Positions 1 to 12,494 of a DNA stretch of 64,000 nt are shown here, piece after piece. The notes under the pieces were generated by a model, which ran no database searches, was not told the DNA's origin, and saw only the letters and a program-made list of their open reading frames with translations. The translations under genes were made by a program, and so were the position numbers. Origin of the DNA: Octopus bimaculoides. Its lineage: Eukaryota. How positions within the stretch are numbered: position 1 is the stretch's first letter; the number at the start of each line of letters is the position of its first letter. Location: assembly GCF_001194135.2 (NCBI RefSeq), contig NC_068983.1, positions 106,344,778 through 106,408,777 of the forward strand, given 5' to 3'.

Positions 1-7
1 TACTCAC

Positions 8-178
8 AGTCACACTCCCTAATATATGCATGAGGTTGATATTATAGGTGGCAACAGGTGAATTACCAGTTGCTATTACTTTCAACCAGTGTAGAACTCT
101 CTTCAAAGGCAAATTAACTCGGGCTTCATCCTCTGATATGATACTGTCACTATCAAAACTCTCCTCAGAAACAGAAGG
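8..178 (-). CDS. TMEM94: TMEM94 coding exon 8 (PSVSEESFDSDSIISEDE...GNSPVATYNINLMHILGSVT); the gene continues beyond the left edge
   Basis: ttttttttacag acceptor, ACT|gtgagt donor; 171 nt open frame. Ends in LMHILGSVT, matching human LLHSLGSVT just before VLCCVDKQG. Confidence 0.92.
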
Positions 179-290
179 CTGTAAAAAAAAAAAAGAAAAG
201 AAAAGAATAGCATATTGGAATAAGAACCAGTAGAAGTGGTGTGGTCTTTATGGAACTTACAGGAAAGTCTACTGAATAAAATAATAAACC

Positions 291-489
291 TTTCTACTAT
301 AGGCACAAGGCCTGAAATTTGGGAGAGGGGGACTAGTCGATTACATCGACCACAATACTCAACTGGTACTTAATTTATCAACTCTGAAAGGATGAAAGGC
401 AAAGTCAACCCTGGCAGAATTTGAACTCAGGAAAAATACTGCTAGGCATTTCGCCCAGCATGCTAACAATTCTGCCAGCTCACTGCCTT
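291..489 (-). mobile_element. tRNA-derived SINE family A (~200 bp, (ATT)n tail); other copies at about 5285-5492 (+), 6985-7182 (-), 13280-13445 (-), 13900-14100 (+), 28040-28410 (-), 33490-33690 (-), 42868-43078 (-), 46710-46900 (-), 56778-57290 (+, three in tandem)
   Basis: Shared GGCGAGCTGGCAGAA...GAGTTCAAATTC...GACTTTGCCTTTCATCC...GGCCTTGTGCC consensus recurring throughout the window. Confidence 0.85.
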
Positions 490-2597
490 AAATAATAATA
501 TTGATAATAATGATAATAATAATAATAAAGGCAGTGGCTCTCATGACTTTTGATCTTAACTGATTGGAAGTGTTATCATGTACATGTTTTATCTTGGTAT
601 AAATGATGAGCTACAACAAATATTCTGCTCAATACCACAGATTTGCTTGTCAGCTGCTTCACCTTAACCAGTTGAGCATGTCCCTTAGTGGCTGACAATA
701 TGTGCATCTCTGATCACAAGCAGAAATAGTGAGGGAGTGTCATAGCCATGTGTTGAGAGGAATTCTTTAGGATTTCAATAATTTACCTCTGGAAATATGG
801 GTGTTTCATTCATCATCCTTAAACTTTATTCAGCGACCTTTTGAGCAGGATGGGCTACTTGACCTGAAGAAAATGCTAACTGGGCCCTACCTGCAAGGTC
901 ATGTGCTGTTTATGTTCATATGAGATCACTGTGACACACATATGGTTGTGATTAAGTGCCTGGTATGCCTTTATCAGATGGGTAGTCATGATGGGTATAT
1001 TGAGTTTTGTATATTTGTATCCCAGTGTCACTTTGATGGCATGTGCTGCTCTCTCAATCAATAATTATAATAAATTCTTACATAGAAATAAAGCCAGAAA
1101 ATTTTAGGGGGGTCAAATTTGTCTATTACAGAAGATTTCAGCACTTGACAGGTATGTATTTTATTGACCCCAGAAGAATGAATAACAAAGTTGACTTCAG
1201 TAGGATTTGAATTGAGAACATGAAGGACCAAATCTAAATATTATAAGTCATTTTGTCCATAAAATCCAGTTTTTGCTAACTATCATGATGATAGTAACAA
1301 AGGCACAAGACCACACTATTTTGTTAAAGGAACAATTTGTTAAATCAACTGATGGTTTATCATCTCCCAGAAAGATAAAAAAAAAAAAAAAGCTTTTTAG
1401 CAAGAGCACAATCTCCACTGAGTATCTTAATGGTAATTGGTACAAAATTATAATCTCAAAGAGAAGCATATTTTGCCTTTTAATTCAGCTTGTATTATTG
1501 GTTTTCCAATGACATTACTGCTAAGAGAAGCAGAAATGATAGTTTGACAAGATTAAATGCCTTGCATTATAATAGGAATTATTTTTATGGTATTAATGAT
1601 AACAATGGCAACAAGAAAGAGAAACTTCATGCAGGAACAAGTTTGCTGATCTAAAAATGTATATGATGGCTGTAAGCACAGATATTGCCGGAAAGAATCA
1701 ATGAATTTATGAGAAGGATTGTAGAAGAGCCTGAAAGATGTTTCAATTGTCATGAGTTAACATGAGATGGCTAAGACTAAAGTGATGCCAAGGATTTATA
1801 AATACTGCAAACTGTCCAGACCACAGTCAGAATTTTAGTTTTGTAAATAGTAACTAAAAATTGCATAAGTCATTCTAATATTGATGATAAAGTATTTATA
1901 CAAAAAAAAATATGGGGATAAGATCAAATGCAGCAGCTGCAATGGTGATGATAGTGATTGCGACACTGGTAGTGGATGGCAGAAGAGAAATGGCAAGGGA
2001 CAAAATCCTTTGTGTCCAAATCTGGACATGATCAACCTTACCTATTATCCTGGAAGAAGAGCAGAAGGGAATTGATAAAACTTGGGTGGATTTTATTAAC
2101 TCCACTCTTCTCCTTTTTGTGGATATATGCTAATCTAAGAAATTTTTTTTTTATTATTGCATAAGAGTAATTATGTTATGAAATGACTGACTGGGACTTT
2201 ACTGGTCATGGCAATGAGGGTTCCAGTTCATCTGATCAATGGAACAGCCTACTGTGGGTAGCTGAGCACTTCAAAGACATGCATATCCTTAAAGTAGTTC
2301 TCAGGAAGATTCAGCGTCATACAGACCCTGACAAGGCTGGCCCTTTGAAATACAGGTACAACTCATTTTTGCCAGCTAAGTGAACTGAAGCAATGTAAAA
2401 TAAAAGGTCTTGCTCAAGGATACAAAGCGCTGCTAGGTTTTGAACTCACGACTTTACGACTGTGAGCTGAATACCCTAAGTATTAAGCCATGCACTTTCA
2501 TGAAGGATGTTATGAAACAAAATATTTAAAATGTCAATTTAAAGCAAAGTATTTAAAATAGTTTTTGCCATTCTGCCAACATGCAAATATATTCAAT

Positions 2598-3117
2598 ATT
2601 CAGTTCTATATTTAAGAGATGAGGAATTGTTTACATTATTTACATTTGACGGATATTTGTCCTCATCTTGGCTGTTGTCAATGCAACATTGTGGCTAATA
2701 TACCTTCCAGCCTTCATCAGGTGTCTTGAGCAAATTTCGAACCTGGGTTCTCATTCCTAAGGTATTTTTCAATATTATTATCATTCAGGTCACTTCCTGG
2801 AATTGAACTTGGAACCTTGGGGTTAGTAGCCCGCGCTCTTAACCACTACATGGGCATATGGCATAGTGGTTAAGCGTGTGGGCTACTATCCCCAAGATTC
2901 CGAGTTCGATTCCAGGCAATGACCTGAAGAAGAAGGTGAATGATGATGAAGATAATAATAGTGATGATGATGATGACAATATCGAAAAATATCTTAGGAA
3001 TGAGAACCCAGGTTTGGAATTTCCTCAAGACACCTGATGAAGGCTGGAGGGTATATCAGCTGAAACGTGTTATCAACAAACAAGATGAAGACAAATATCT
3101 GTCAAATGTAAATAATG
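2598..3117. mobile_element. Palindromic element with back-to-back tRNA-like heads and hammerhead-like motifs in both arms
   Basis: 10-bp TSD TATATTCAAT (2588-2597 and 3118-3127). A box TGGCATAGTGG at 2859-2869, B box GTTCGATTCC at 2904-2913. CTGATGA at 3034-3040 (+) and 2714-2720 (-). Confidence 0.7.
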
Positions 3118-3190
3118 TATATTCAATGTTCCACAATATCTTTGTTTCTATGGTTGTAAATCTACGATTAATGTAATATTTTTCACTCAC

Positions 3191-3304
3191 CTTAATTTCT
3201 TTGGAGACTTCATAGGCAACAAACAATCTTGCTTGCCCATAAAAGTTAATTAGTTTCCAAAATAATGGAAACACCATGGGAACCAATGGAAGTACAGTGT
3301 GTAC
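3191..3304 (-). CDS. TMEM94: TMEM94 coding exon 7 (VHTVLPLVPMVFPLFWKLINFYGQARLFVAYEVSKEIK)
   Basis: tttctttccccag acceptor, AAG|gtgagt donor; 114 nt. Matches human VNGVLPILPLLFPVLWVLATACGEARVL. Confidence 0.92.
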
Positions 3305-3629
3305 CTGGGGAAAGAAATATGAGAAAACATGAAAATGTATGTTATTAATGTGACTTAGGTGTTTATAGATGATACTGAAATATCACTAGTTATTTCATCC
3401 AAGTTCAAGCTATCTTTCTCTAATCAGTAATAAATAAGTAATAAATATTGGATTGTCATAAACTCATCTGTTTCTTTCTAATCTCGTTTCAATTAACACA
3501 AAAAGTATTTTCACCCTAGTATTTTAAGGATTGTTTGTAGTAGTATTCTTGCTCTACAACTTTTGCTTATCATTTTTGAAATTTGAATAAAATTTACCAC
3601 TTTTCAGACGTATGACAATGTAGTGGCAA

Positions 3630-4570
3630 GTGGAAAAAAAAAATGTGCATTTTCAACACCAGCTACTCTTTGCTTTTAATCAAGGCTGCCAAAGCTGTAC
3701 AAGACATTTGTGCTGTGTAGAGAGAAGGCATTATTACTGAAAGAACTGCACAGAAATGGCTTTCACACTTCATGAAAGAGAAATTTGATCTTACAGACTG
3801 TCTATGTTCCAGCCAACCTATTCAGTTCAATAAGAATTGATTTAATGAGCTCATCTATGAGGATCTGCACCAGTCCACTAGGGCTCAGCAGATGGGATGC
3901 TCTCGTAATACTATTGCCTGTCACCTTCACTTGGTGGGTAAGGTTAAAAAAACTTGGCGCATGGGTGCCACACACCCTGAACAAAGAGACAAACTCCAGA
4001 GCTCCTCTATCAACACTAGCTTGCTCACTTGACACTAGGCTTCTCAAGGACACAAACAAATTTCTTTACTGCAATGTCACCAGCAATGAATCAGTATGAA
4101 GCAAAGAGAAGAATATTTGAGTCCTGCTAAGCAAGCAACACCTCGAGCCAAGCTAGGGCTGCATCCATGCAAGTCTGTGTTTGGTGGGATTAAAAACAAC
4201 CACATGGCTCATTAAAACTATCCAGCTGAAACGACCCAACCTGCGGCACAGCATGTCTCTTCATAATGACAACACTGGCCCTCACATTGCTAATTAGAGC
4301 AAAAATGTTATTAAAAGCTTGAATAAGTTCTGCCACCCCCAACATATTCTCCTGATATAGCGCTTTCCAATTATCACCTTTATTGGTTGCTCCCCAATAG
4401 TCTGGGAGGTGCTTCATTCAACAACATGAAGCTGAAAACATGGCTCAATGAATTCTTTGTGTGATTTCTGCTGTCAAGGCATTGACGTGTTATTGGAATG
4501 TAGGTAAAAGAGTGAACAATGGAGACAAATATATTATTGACTGATATGTTAAAATTATTGATGAAACACA
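3630..4570 (+). pseudogene. Second, more decayed mariner transposase relic (boundaries approximate)
   Basis: KAAKAVQDICAV...ITERTAQKW, KKLGAWVPHTL, HDNTGPHIA and HPQHSPDIA-like motifs spread across frames. Confidence 0.8.
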
Positions 4571-4579
4571 AGGATTATA

Positions 4580-4958
4580 GGCATAGGAGTGGCTGTGTGT
4601 TAGGAAGCTTGCTTCCCAACCACATGGCTCTGGGTTCAGTCCTACTGTGTGGCACCTTGGGCAAGTGTCTATTATAACCTCAGGCTGACCAAAGCCTTGT
4701 GAGTGGATTTGGTAGAGGGAAACTGAAAGAAGCCCGTCGTATGTGTGTATTTGTGTGCCTGTATTTGTCCCCCACCACCATCGGCTGACAACTGATGTTG
4801 GTGTGTCTACGTCCCCCGTAACTTAGCGGTTCAGTAAAAGAGACCAATAGAATAAGTACTAGGCTTACAAAGAATAAGTTCTGGGGTCATTTGTTCAACT
4901 AAAGGCGGTGCCCCAGCATGGCCACAGTCAAATGACTGAAACAAGTAAAAGAATAAAA
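4580..4958 (+). mobile_element. tRNA-derived SINE family B (~380 bp, internal (GT)n); other copies at about 24070-24390 (-), 38745-39048 (-), 41185-41562 (-), 51765-52065 (+), 58255-58620 (+); partial copies near 21.9, 22.6, 33.8, 39.4, 40.7, 45.1 and 50.3 kb
   Basis: GTGGCTGTGTGGTAAGAAG...GGTTCAGTCC...GGCACCTTGGGCAAG head and GAAACAAGTAAAAGA tail are shared between copies. Confidence 0.85.
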
Positions 4959-5753
4959 ATAACTGGATGAGGGGAGGGGCAAAAAACAAATGAATTTATC
5001 TGACAGCTCAGTAAATCGTTAATGAATAATATCATTGAATTCCAACTCACTGCTTGAAGTGTTAACCATCACTATGTTCAAAAATTAAAGAAAGAAATAT
5101 TGTTTCTTGTACAGGAGAGTGCATAGTTCTAGTTTTTGAATCAAAAATCAACAATACTATTTGAATAACAGTTTCACATGATTTAGGATTTGATAACAAC
5201 TGTAGACACTTGTGTAAGATGTTAAGAGTCAACAATGTAAATCTAAGTGGCTAAGTGGCTTGTAATATATTAAGTTTTAAAAAAATGGCAGCAAGCTGAC
5301 AGAATCATTAGCTCTACTGGTGAAAGGCTTAGAATGTGAACTTAGTGATATTTCATCACTAAGTTCAAATTCTGTTGAGGTTGACTTTGCTTTTCACCTT
5401 TACAGGTTTGATAAAATAAGTACCAGTTCAGTACTGGAGTTACAATAATCAACTTAGCTCCTCCCCCGAAATTGCAAGCCTTGTGCTAAAACTTGAATTT
5501 GAGATACATTAGGTTAAAAACCTCTTGGACAGAATATAAAGTCCAAAGGCTACCCACAGGACTTGAACCATGCATCTTTTGTAACCATGACAGACATGCC
5601 AACCAACTGCTTCAAAGTAACCTTTGGTCTCTCTCCCAGAGAAAGACTTTTAACCCAACATATTACAAGCTACTATTTACATCTGTATTTGCTTTGAGCT
5701 ACATTGTTACAAAATTTATTTTTAAAAAAACCCAGTATTTTGATATAACTTAC

Positions 5754-5840
5754 AGGCAAAACTAAGAACATCTCTGTCCAGTGTCCCATAAATCCTTTGA
5801 TGTAGATGTATCGCAACACATTGGCAATGAGAACTCCAAT
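5754..5840 (-). CDS. TMEM94: TMEM94 coding exon 6 (IGVLIANVLRYIYIKGFMGHWTEMFLVLP)
   Basis: ttttctgatttcag acceptor, CCT|gtaagt donor; 87 nt, phase 0/0. Matches human AGFLITNALRFIFSAPGVTSWQYTLLQLQ in length and pattern. Confidence 0.9.
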
Positions 5841-6444
5841 CTGAAATCAGAAAAAATTTCCTCATAATAAGGAAAGGTAGAAAAGAGGAGAGATATAGTT
5901 GGGTGGGTAGGAAAAAGAAAAAGAAACTAAACGTAAAACAAATTCAGAATGTCAGAAATGATATACCAAATAAAGCATCAAATGTAATCTTTTCATTAGA
6001 ATTCCAGCTATAAAATTGTACCCACCTGTAGTCTTTTAGACACTCAATATTAAGTATCATTCACTGAAACTTATCAGCTTCAGAAAATAGTGGTTTAAAT
6101 CTAGTTTTCCTGAAATTTAACCTTTACTTCCAAATTTGCTAAACATTAACCAAGCAGAATACATTTTTGTTTTTAAAACTTTTAGAAAATTATCAAAGAA
6201 AAGACTAGAGTTGAGAATTATGGACTCTTTGATATAAGAACATTTAAAAAAAAAGAATTATTTATTAGTTACGTAAATAAATATTTGATGATTTCAACAA
6301 GTCCAGTATCTTAGTCAAGAAATTCTGATCGTATAGATATGAGATACTTTGAGGTACTGTAAACCCCTCCAAAAGTATCTCCATATAAGAAATGCACACT
6401 GTATTTCTTTAAACAGCATGAAGAGTTGTCAATATAAGCTTTAA

Positions 6445-6660
6445 CCCTTTAGCACTTCACTAGCCATATCCAGCCCAAATATTTAACATGTTTTATTCAA
6501 ACTGGTCAGATCTGTCCTCTCATAGCTATCCTACAATGTCACTCTAAAAATAAACAATCATATCACTGAAACCTCACTGCTACAAGATAACGCATGACTA
6601 ATTCAAAACAATGCGAATAAGTATTATATTTGATGGAGAAACTGAATGAATGCTAAAGGG
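6445..6660. mobile_element. ~220-bp TTAA-flanked piggyBac-type MITE; other copies at 14741-14960, 36052-36266, 48586-48808; partial or interrupted copies near 11880-12095, 44636-45035, 47834-47990
   Basis: CCCTTTAGCA...TGCTAAAGGG termini with TTAA TSD, and a shared internal sequence across copies. Confidence 0.85.
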
Positions 6661-6774
6661 TTAAAATAATAAAATAAAATATAAATATATTTAAAGCATT
6701 TGAGGAATTTTAAATGTCGTATAATGGTGCTGCAGTACAATAAATCAAGCGAAACAATAAAAAGCAAACTTTAC

Positions 6775-6880
6775 CAGAAGCACAGGAAGGACAGTCCTTT
6801 CCAAGATAACACTGTATATTTGGTACCGCATGGAATCAATGATGCTAGCAGGATGTCTTCTTGTTTTGTCTAACAAGATT
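6775..6880 (-). CDS. TMEM94: TMEM94 coding exon 5 (ILLDKTRRHPASIIDSMRYQIYSVILERTVLPVLL)
   Basis: ctgctgacag acceptor, CTG|gtaaag donor; 106 nt, phase 2 to phase 0. Matches human CLDMALSRPVTALDNERFTVQSVMLHYAVPVVL. Confidence 0.88.
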
Positions 6881-8791
6881 CTGTCAGCAGAATAATTAGA
6901 ATAAAAGAACTGTACAATGATTAATCAGTAAAATTAAAACAATGTATTTTTTTTAGTTTTTATAATATATTCTTTCTTAATTTTAGCACAAGGTCAGCAA
7001 TTTTGAGATGAGGGGGAAGTTGATTACATCAACTCAGTGCTCAATTGGTATTTGTTTTATTGACTCCCAAAAGATGACAGGCAAAGTCGACTTTGGCAGT
7101 ATTTGAACTCAGAATATAAAGAGCCAGAAGAAATGTCACAAAGCATCTCATCTAGAACACTAATGATTCTGCCAGCTTGCCTTTTGTTGTTGTTTTTTTT
7201 TTATAATATATGTTATAGCATAAATGATGAAAAAAGTCAATATAAAAAAAAAATTTCATTTTTTTTAGTACAGTTTCAACATTAAATCACATATTTTAAG
7301 TAGTTTGGCTAACTTCATAACAGAAAACTAATAAGTCTTCAAATGTAATCTTATTACAATTTCACCAATAAGATTGAATTCATCTATAATCATTTACATG
7401 TTATACAGTCAGCATAATTCATTGAAACATCAACTCCAGTAAATTGTAACTAAAATATATACTCTGCTGTCCAAATATTTTAACTTTAACTACAGTGTGT
7501 CATTCAGGGTTGGTTCCAACAAAATATTATACAAAGAAGTCAACCATTATTCAAGTGCTGACTTCAATTTCCATCTTTCCAGATGAAGTCATTTTTGCTT
7601 TTTGAGTCAAAACGACTTTGGTTCCATTTTCACATTAGAAATCAAATTAAAGAGCTAGAATTTACTGAATCAGCATCAATTATTTCAATATAGCTATTCT
7701 TATATTATTTTATTTCAACTATACTAATGTAAAAATTTTCTAACTCAAATATTTACAGAAGGATATCAATTGTCTTTATTTTTCCCATTTACATTAAAGA
7801 AATAATAGGTGTGAATCGAAGATAATGTAGTTCCGATACATTATGTTATAAACATATATGAGATGATTACAGACTTTGAGCATAGGACTGTTCAACCAGG
7901 ACTGACCAGAGGCTACTAATCAAAAACTAAATCTTTCCAGATCATCATCATCATCATCATCATCATCGTTGTTTAACGTCCACTTTCCATGCTAGCATGG
8001 GTTGGACGATTTGACTGAGGACTGGTGAAACTAGATGGCTGCACCAGGCTCCAATCTGATTTGGCAGAGTTTCTACAGCTGGATGCCCTTCCTAACGCCA
8101 ACCACTCCGAGAGTGTAGTGGGTGCTTTTACGTGCCACCAGCACGAAGGCCAGTCAGGCGGTACTGGCAACGGCCATGCTCAAAATGGTATATTTTATGT
8201 GCCACCCACACAAGAACCAGTCCAGGGGCACTGGCAATGATCTCGCTAGAAACTCCTTACACATGCCGTGGGCACAAGTGCCAGAAAGGCGACGCTGGGC
8301 ACAGGTGCCATCACGATTTCGCTTTCGCTTGCCCCAACAGGTCTTTGCAAGCTGAGTNNNNNNNNNNGCTTTCGCTTGCCCCAACAGGTCTTTGCAAGCT
8401 GAGTTTCGTGTCCAATGAAGGAGATGACGTTGGCATGGGTGCCAGTCGTCGAATTTAATTCGATTTCGATCGAATGTAGTTAAAATATAGTAGCTAAGGA
8501 CAGACAGTAATCAAAGAGCATTTACTTCTGCTAATATGAGGCATATGTAAGGAGTGTAATACTATGGTAGTGAAACACAAAAATGAGTGCAGAAGACCAA
8601 ATATGCTGAAGAGAAAGATACATTTTTGGACTATATTTGACAATAGAGAGGACAGATCTGAAAACACTAAGATGATGCAAAATCAGATTGACTGGAGATT
8701 TGTTGTTTTGCAAACCCATCCAACATTTAAAAAATGAGGTGTTGAGACAATGATGGATAGAAAACAAATAAGAAAAAAAGATGAATATTAC

Positions 8792-8952
8792 CTGAAGTTT
8801 TCAACAAAGGGTGTTTTTAGAACTGTGAATTTTTGGGGTTCCAGTGGTACACGGCCCTGAGGTAAGCCATACTGCTCCACAGGAGCTGCTTGATCAGGTG
8901 TATAACAATCTCCTTCAAAAAGAATTGCGCCTTCTTCACCACCATCATCAAT
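8792..8952 (-). CDS. TMEM94: TMEM94 coding exon 4 (IDDGGEEGAILFEGDCYTPDQ...QKFTVLKTPFVENFR)
   Basis: ttttattgttag acceptor, AG|gtaata donor; 161 nt, phase 0 to phase 2, open frame. Matches human IVLEPGDLF...FRVLETPVIDNIR. Confidence 0.9.
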
Positions 8953-9426
8953 CTAACAATAAAATGGTACAAAACTTTTTCATTAGTCACTAGGTACATG
9001 AAAATGTAAACTGCTGGCTTTAGTAGTTAACCTTTTGCCTGTCTTGTGAAACATAACACAATTCCCTGGTGTCCATGCATTATATATGATGCACATTTCC
9101 CATTTTCTTTCAACCATCAGAGTAATTTTTGGACTTAGCTTTATATTACTTAGACCATATGAAACAAGGGTTAACTAAAAGTCTAAATTCAAGCATGGAC
9201 ATTTAGGACAACTTTATAAAAATGCTTTGGACAGGCAAAAGGTTAAATTACTTTTAAATTTATGATTGCAGTCATACATATTTTGTTATCTACAAGTATA
9301 CAGTTATGAAAAACTACCTGCATCAACTTGCTATATAAGCAGGTAGTGATTTTACCATGTCCTTATTCTTAGTGCAAGTTTTGAAGAGTGCAGTTTGATT
9401 TTAACAGTTATTTTTTCAAAGCTATA

Positions 9427-10421
9427 ATGGAAGTGACAAAGGAGCATATTTGGCATATTTTGCTTTATGCATGAAATAAAGGCAACAATGCAATGGAAAG
9501 TGTGAGGAATATTAATGCAACATATGGGGATTGGACAATAAGCATAAGCCAATGTCAACGGTGGTTCCAGAAATTTTGAGCCAGAAACTACAGCCTAGGA
9601 GACAAGCCTTGCCCTGGAAGATCTGTAGATCTCAAGGACATCCTGCAAACCCTGGTGGAACAAAATCCCATTTTAACTATTGAGAAACTAGCAGAGAAGC
9701 TTGGATTTGGTCATTCAACTATTCATTAACACCTGTGTGCCATTGGAAAAGTCAGTAACTTCAGTCAGTGGGTTCCTCACAAACTTTCCATGTCTAATCG
9801 CATACGGAGAGTGAATGTGTGCTCTTCTTTGCTGTCACGTCTCACTATTCAGTCCTTTTGTGGACTGAATAGTGACAGGTGATGAGAAATGGGTTCTCTA
9901 TAAAAATGACAAGCATCAAAGACAGTGAGTAGGGAAAGAAGAAACACAGGCGCCCCAGGCTAAAGAAAGTCTTCACCCATGTAAGGTGTTGTTATCTGTT
10001 TGGTGGGATATGAAAGGTTTAGCCCACTTTGAACTTTTAAACCCAAATCAAATGATAAGAAAGGAGATCTACTGTGAGCAGCTTAAGTCAACACTAGAAG
10101 AAAAACAATCGTCTTTGGTTTCAGGATAATGCTCGGCCACATACAGCGAGGATGACATTCTAAATACTGGAGTAGTTTGAATGGGAAATGATGCTGCACC
10201 CACCATATTTACTGGACATTGCCCCACCTGACTATCATTTATTCTGCAGTCTTCAAAATCATTTGGACGGAAAAAATATGAATTCTGTAGACAAGGTCAG
10301 AACAGTACTGGAGGAGTATCTTTCGTCACGGACAAATGAATTTTGGAAGAGGAGCTTTGCAAGTCTACCAGATAGATGAAAGAGCATTGTAGAAAATGAA
10401 GGAGAGTATATTTTAGAATAA
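9427..10421 (+). pseudogene. Mariner (DD34D) transposase relic
   Basis: MEVTKEHIWHILLY...QCQRWFQKF N-terminus, WVPH motif at about 9768, TGDEKW at about 9874, and HPPYLLDIAPPDYHLF. Multiple stops and frameshifts. Confidence 0.9.
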
Positions 10422-10667
10422 AAAAGATTTTTGTTTATCTTAATTTTGAAAAATAAAAGTATTAAAAAAAACGCATTATTTATGGGATAGATAGTTGACT
10501 ACTACATTTATATTTTTTTTCTTCTTGTTTTTCTTTCTGTGTTCCTTTCAGTTGAAGAGCATAGCTTGAAACGTTAAAGACTTTCCCTATTCCTGAGCGT
10601 TAAACTAATACATCCATTTGCTGTTTACACCACTTGTCTTCGTCTGTTGTTTTTTTCGTAAATTCTC

Positions 10668-10715
<48 letters not shown>

Positions 10716-12181
10716 TTATTTAAAAAATTTCTTTGAGATATCCAAGTCTCATTTTATTTCTATAATTTATTTCCATCTTACCAACATTAAAACTGAAACA
10801 AGATACCACCAATTAGTCCTACTATTTAAATGGAAAATACTTCAATAGTACAATCTCTTTGAAATTTATATCTATTTTATGCTTTGGGATCTATTTCATG
10901 CTTTTGTATCCAATGAAACTAACAGTGGTAAAAATCTAATTAAAAGGTAAATGTCATCTGTAATTCTGTGCCAACAAGTGTACATTTACTCGGCAATTAT
11001 ATCATCACAAATAAATACAGTGAAGTCTATGTTTTAAGGAAAAGGCCTAATAAGACTGAAAAATGTCTAAAGTTGTCATCCATTTTTGCTAAAATATCAA
11101 AAGATATTAGTCATTGACTGATATGTTGTTTCTCCACCCCATCACCAGATTTATTACTAGTTACTAAATATTCAGTACAAAAGCTACTAAATCTTTGCTG
11201 ATGAGAAAGTGTATAATCTTGACATTTGACGTTTTGTTTGCTTTTAATGTACCATTTTGTATCCTGCTTCATAAAACTAAATTAAATATCTCGCTGTCTA
11301 GACATTTGTTGATAAGTTTGTTTAGCTGAATATATGTGTGTATGGCTTAACAGTGAAATATGAGAATCTTTGAAATTTATTCAAAACCTCTATAACGAGT
11401 AAAGATGAAGCCTAACCAACAAGGAAACAGTTACATTGCTGCTCAACATTATAGAAACAGCAACCAAACTTCCTTCAAATCCTACTTAACTTCAAAAAGA
11501 AAAGTGACAGATACATTGAATAATATAGTCCTTAGTCCTACATCTGGAGGGGTTGGAAGAAAGAATGATCAATGCTGGAATGGCTTCGATCATAAGAGTC
11601 TGTTCAATCAAGCTTGACCTGGTGCTTAACAACAACAAAATAAAGAACAAGAATCATCATCATCATCGTCGTTTAACGTCCGCTTTCCATGCTAGCATGG
11701 GTTGGACGATTTGACTGAGGACTGGTGAAACCAGATGGCTACACCAGGCTCCAGTCTGATTTGGCAGAGTTTCTACAGCTGGATTCCCTTCCTAACGCCA
11801 ACCACTCCGAGAGTGTAGTGGGTGCTTTTACGTGCCACCGGCACAAAGGCCAGTCAGGTGGTACTGGCAACGGCCACATAAATCCTCTAGTATTCAGATT
11901 ATTATCAAATATAATACTTATTTATTCACATAATGCATGATTAATTCAAAACTATCTCATAGCTGTGAGATATGTCATATGACTCTTTCGGAATGATATT
12001 GTAGGATAGGTGTGAGAGGCTGGATCTGACTCATTTGAACATAAAGGAGATAGAATATTTAAGCCAGACATGGTTAGTTTGAATGCTAAGTGTTAAAAGA
12101 ACAACTCAATAAAAGTGAAAATATATTTAACACAGAAAATAAATAAATTAGAAGCTAATGAGAAAAATTTCTTTGTTTTAC

Positions 12182-12375
12182 CTTCAGCTCTTGGCACTGC
12201 ACTGGAACAGTATGACCGGGTCTTAAAAGAATAACATCACCTTTGACCATCAAGATGATGGGTAAATCTACTAATACACCATCCCGGTATGTCCACTGTG
12301 TGGATATGCAGGGAGACTGGGGATTGTTCTTGTGTAAATAATCTTGAGAATCCCATATTCCATCCACTAAATTTT
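12182..12375 (-). CDS. TMEM94: TMEM94 coding exon 3 (ENLVDGIWDSQDYLHKNNPQSPCISTQWTYRDGVLVDLPIILMVKGDVILLRPGHTVPVQCQELK)
   Basis: Strong match to the TMEM94 motif WAYRDGHLVNLPVSLLVEGDIIALRPGQ (P-type ATPase A-domain-like LVxGDxI). ctcttttgtag acceptor, AAG|gtaaaa donor; 194 nt, phase 1 to phase 0. Confidence 0.95.
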
Positions 12376-12494
12376 CTACAAAAGAGAATTGAAGTCACAA
12401 CAGAAATTATAACAATTTTACATTTAAACATTCTCGTACAATTCTATATTTCTGAGATGAAAAATTTATATTATGTATACTGCTTATATTAGCT

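Noticed and set aside
1896-2105. Hydrophobic minus-strand ORF as a TMEM94 exon
   Set aside because: The candidate acceptor gives an in-frame stop, and exons 7 and 8 join directly with good homology. The region is better explained as the antisense of a LINE relic.
11199-11205. Other CTGATGA or CTGAAGA heptamers (about 11199, 29433, 39164, 44194, 47804) as hammerhead cores
   Set aside because: No stem II, GAAA and stem I arrangement follows them.
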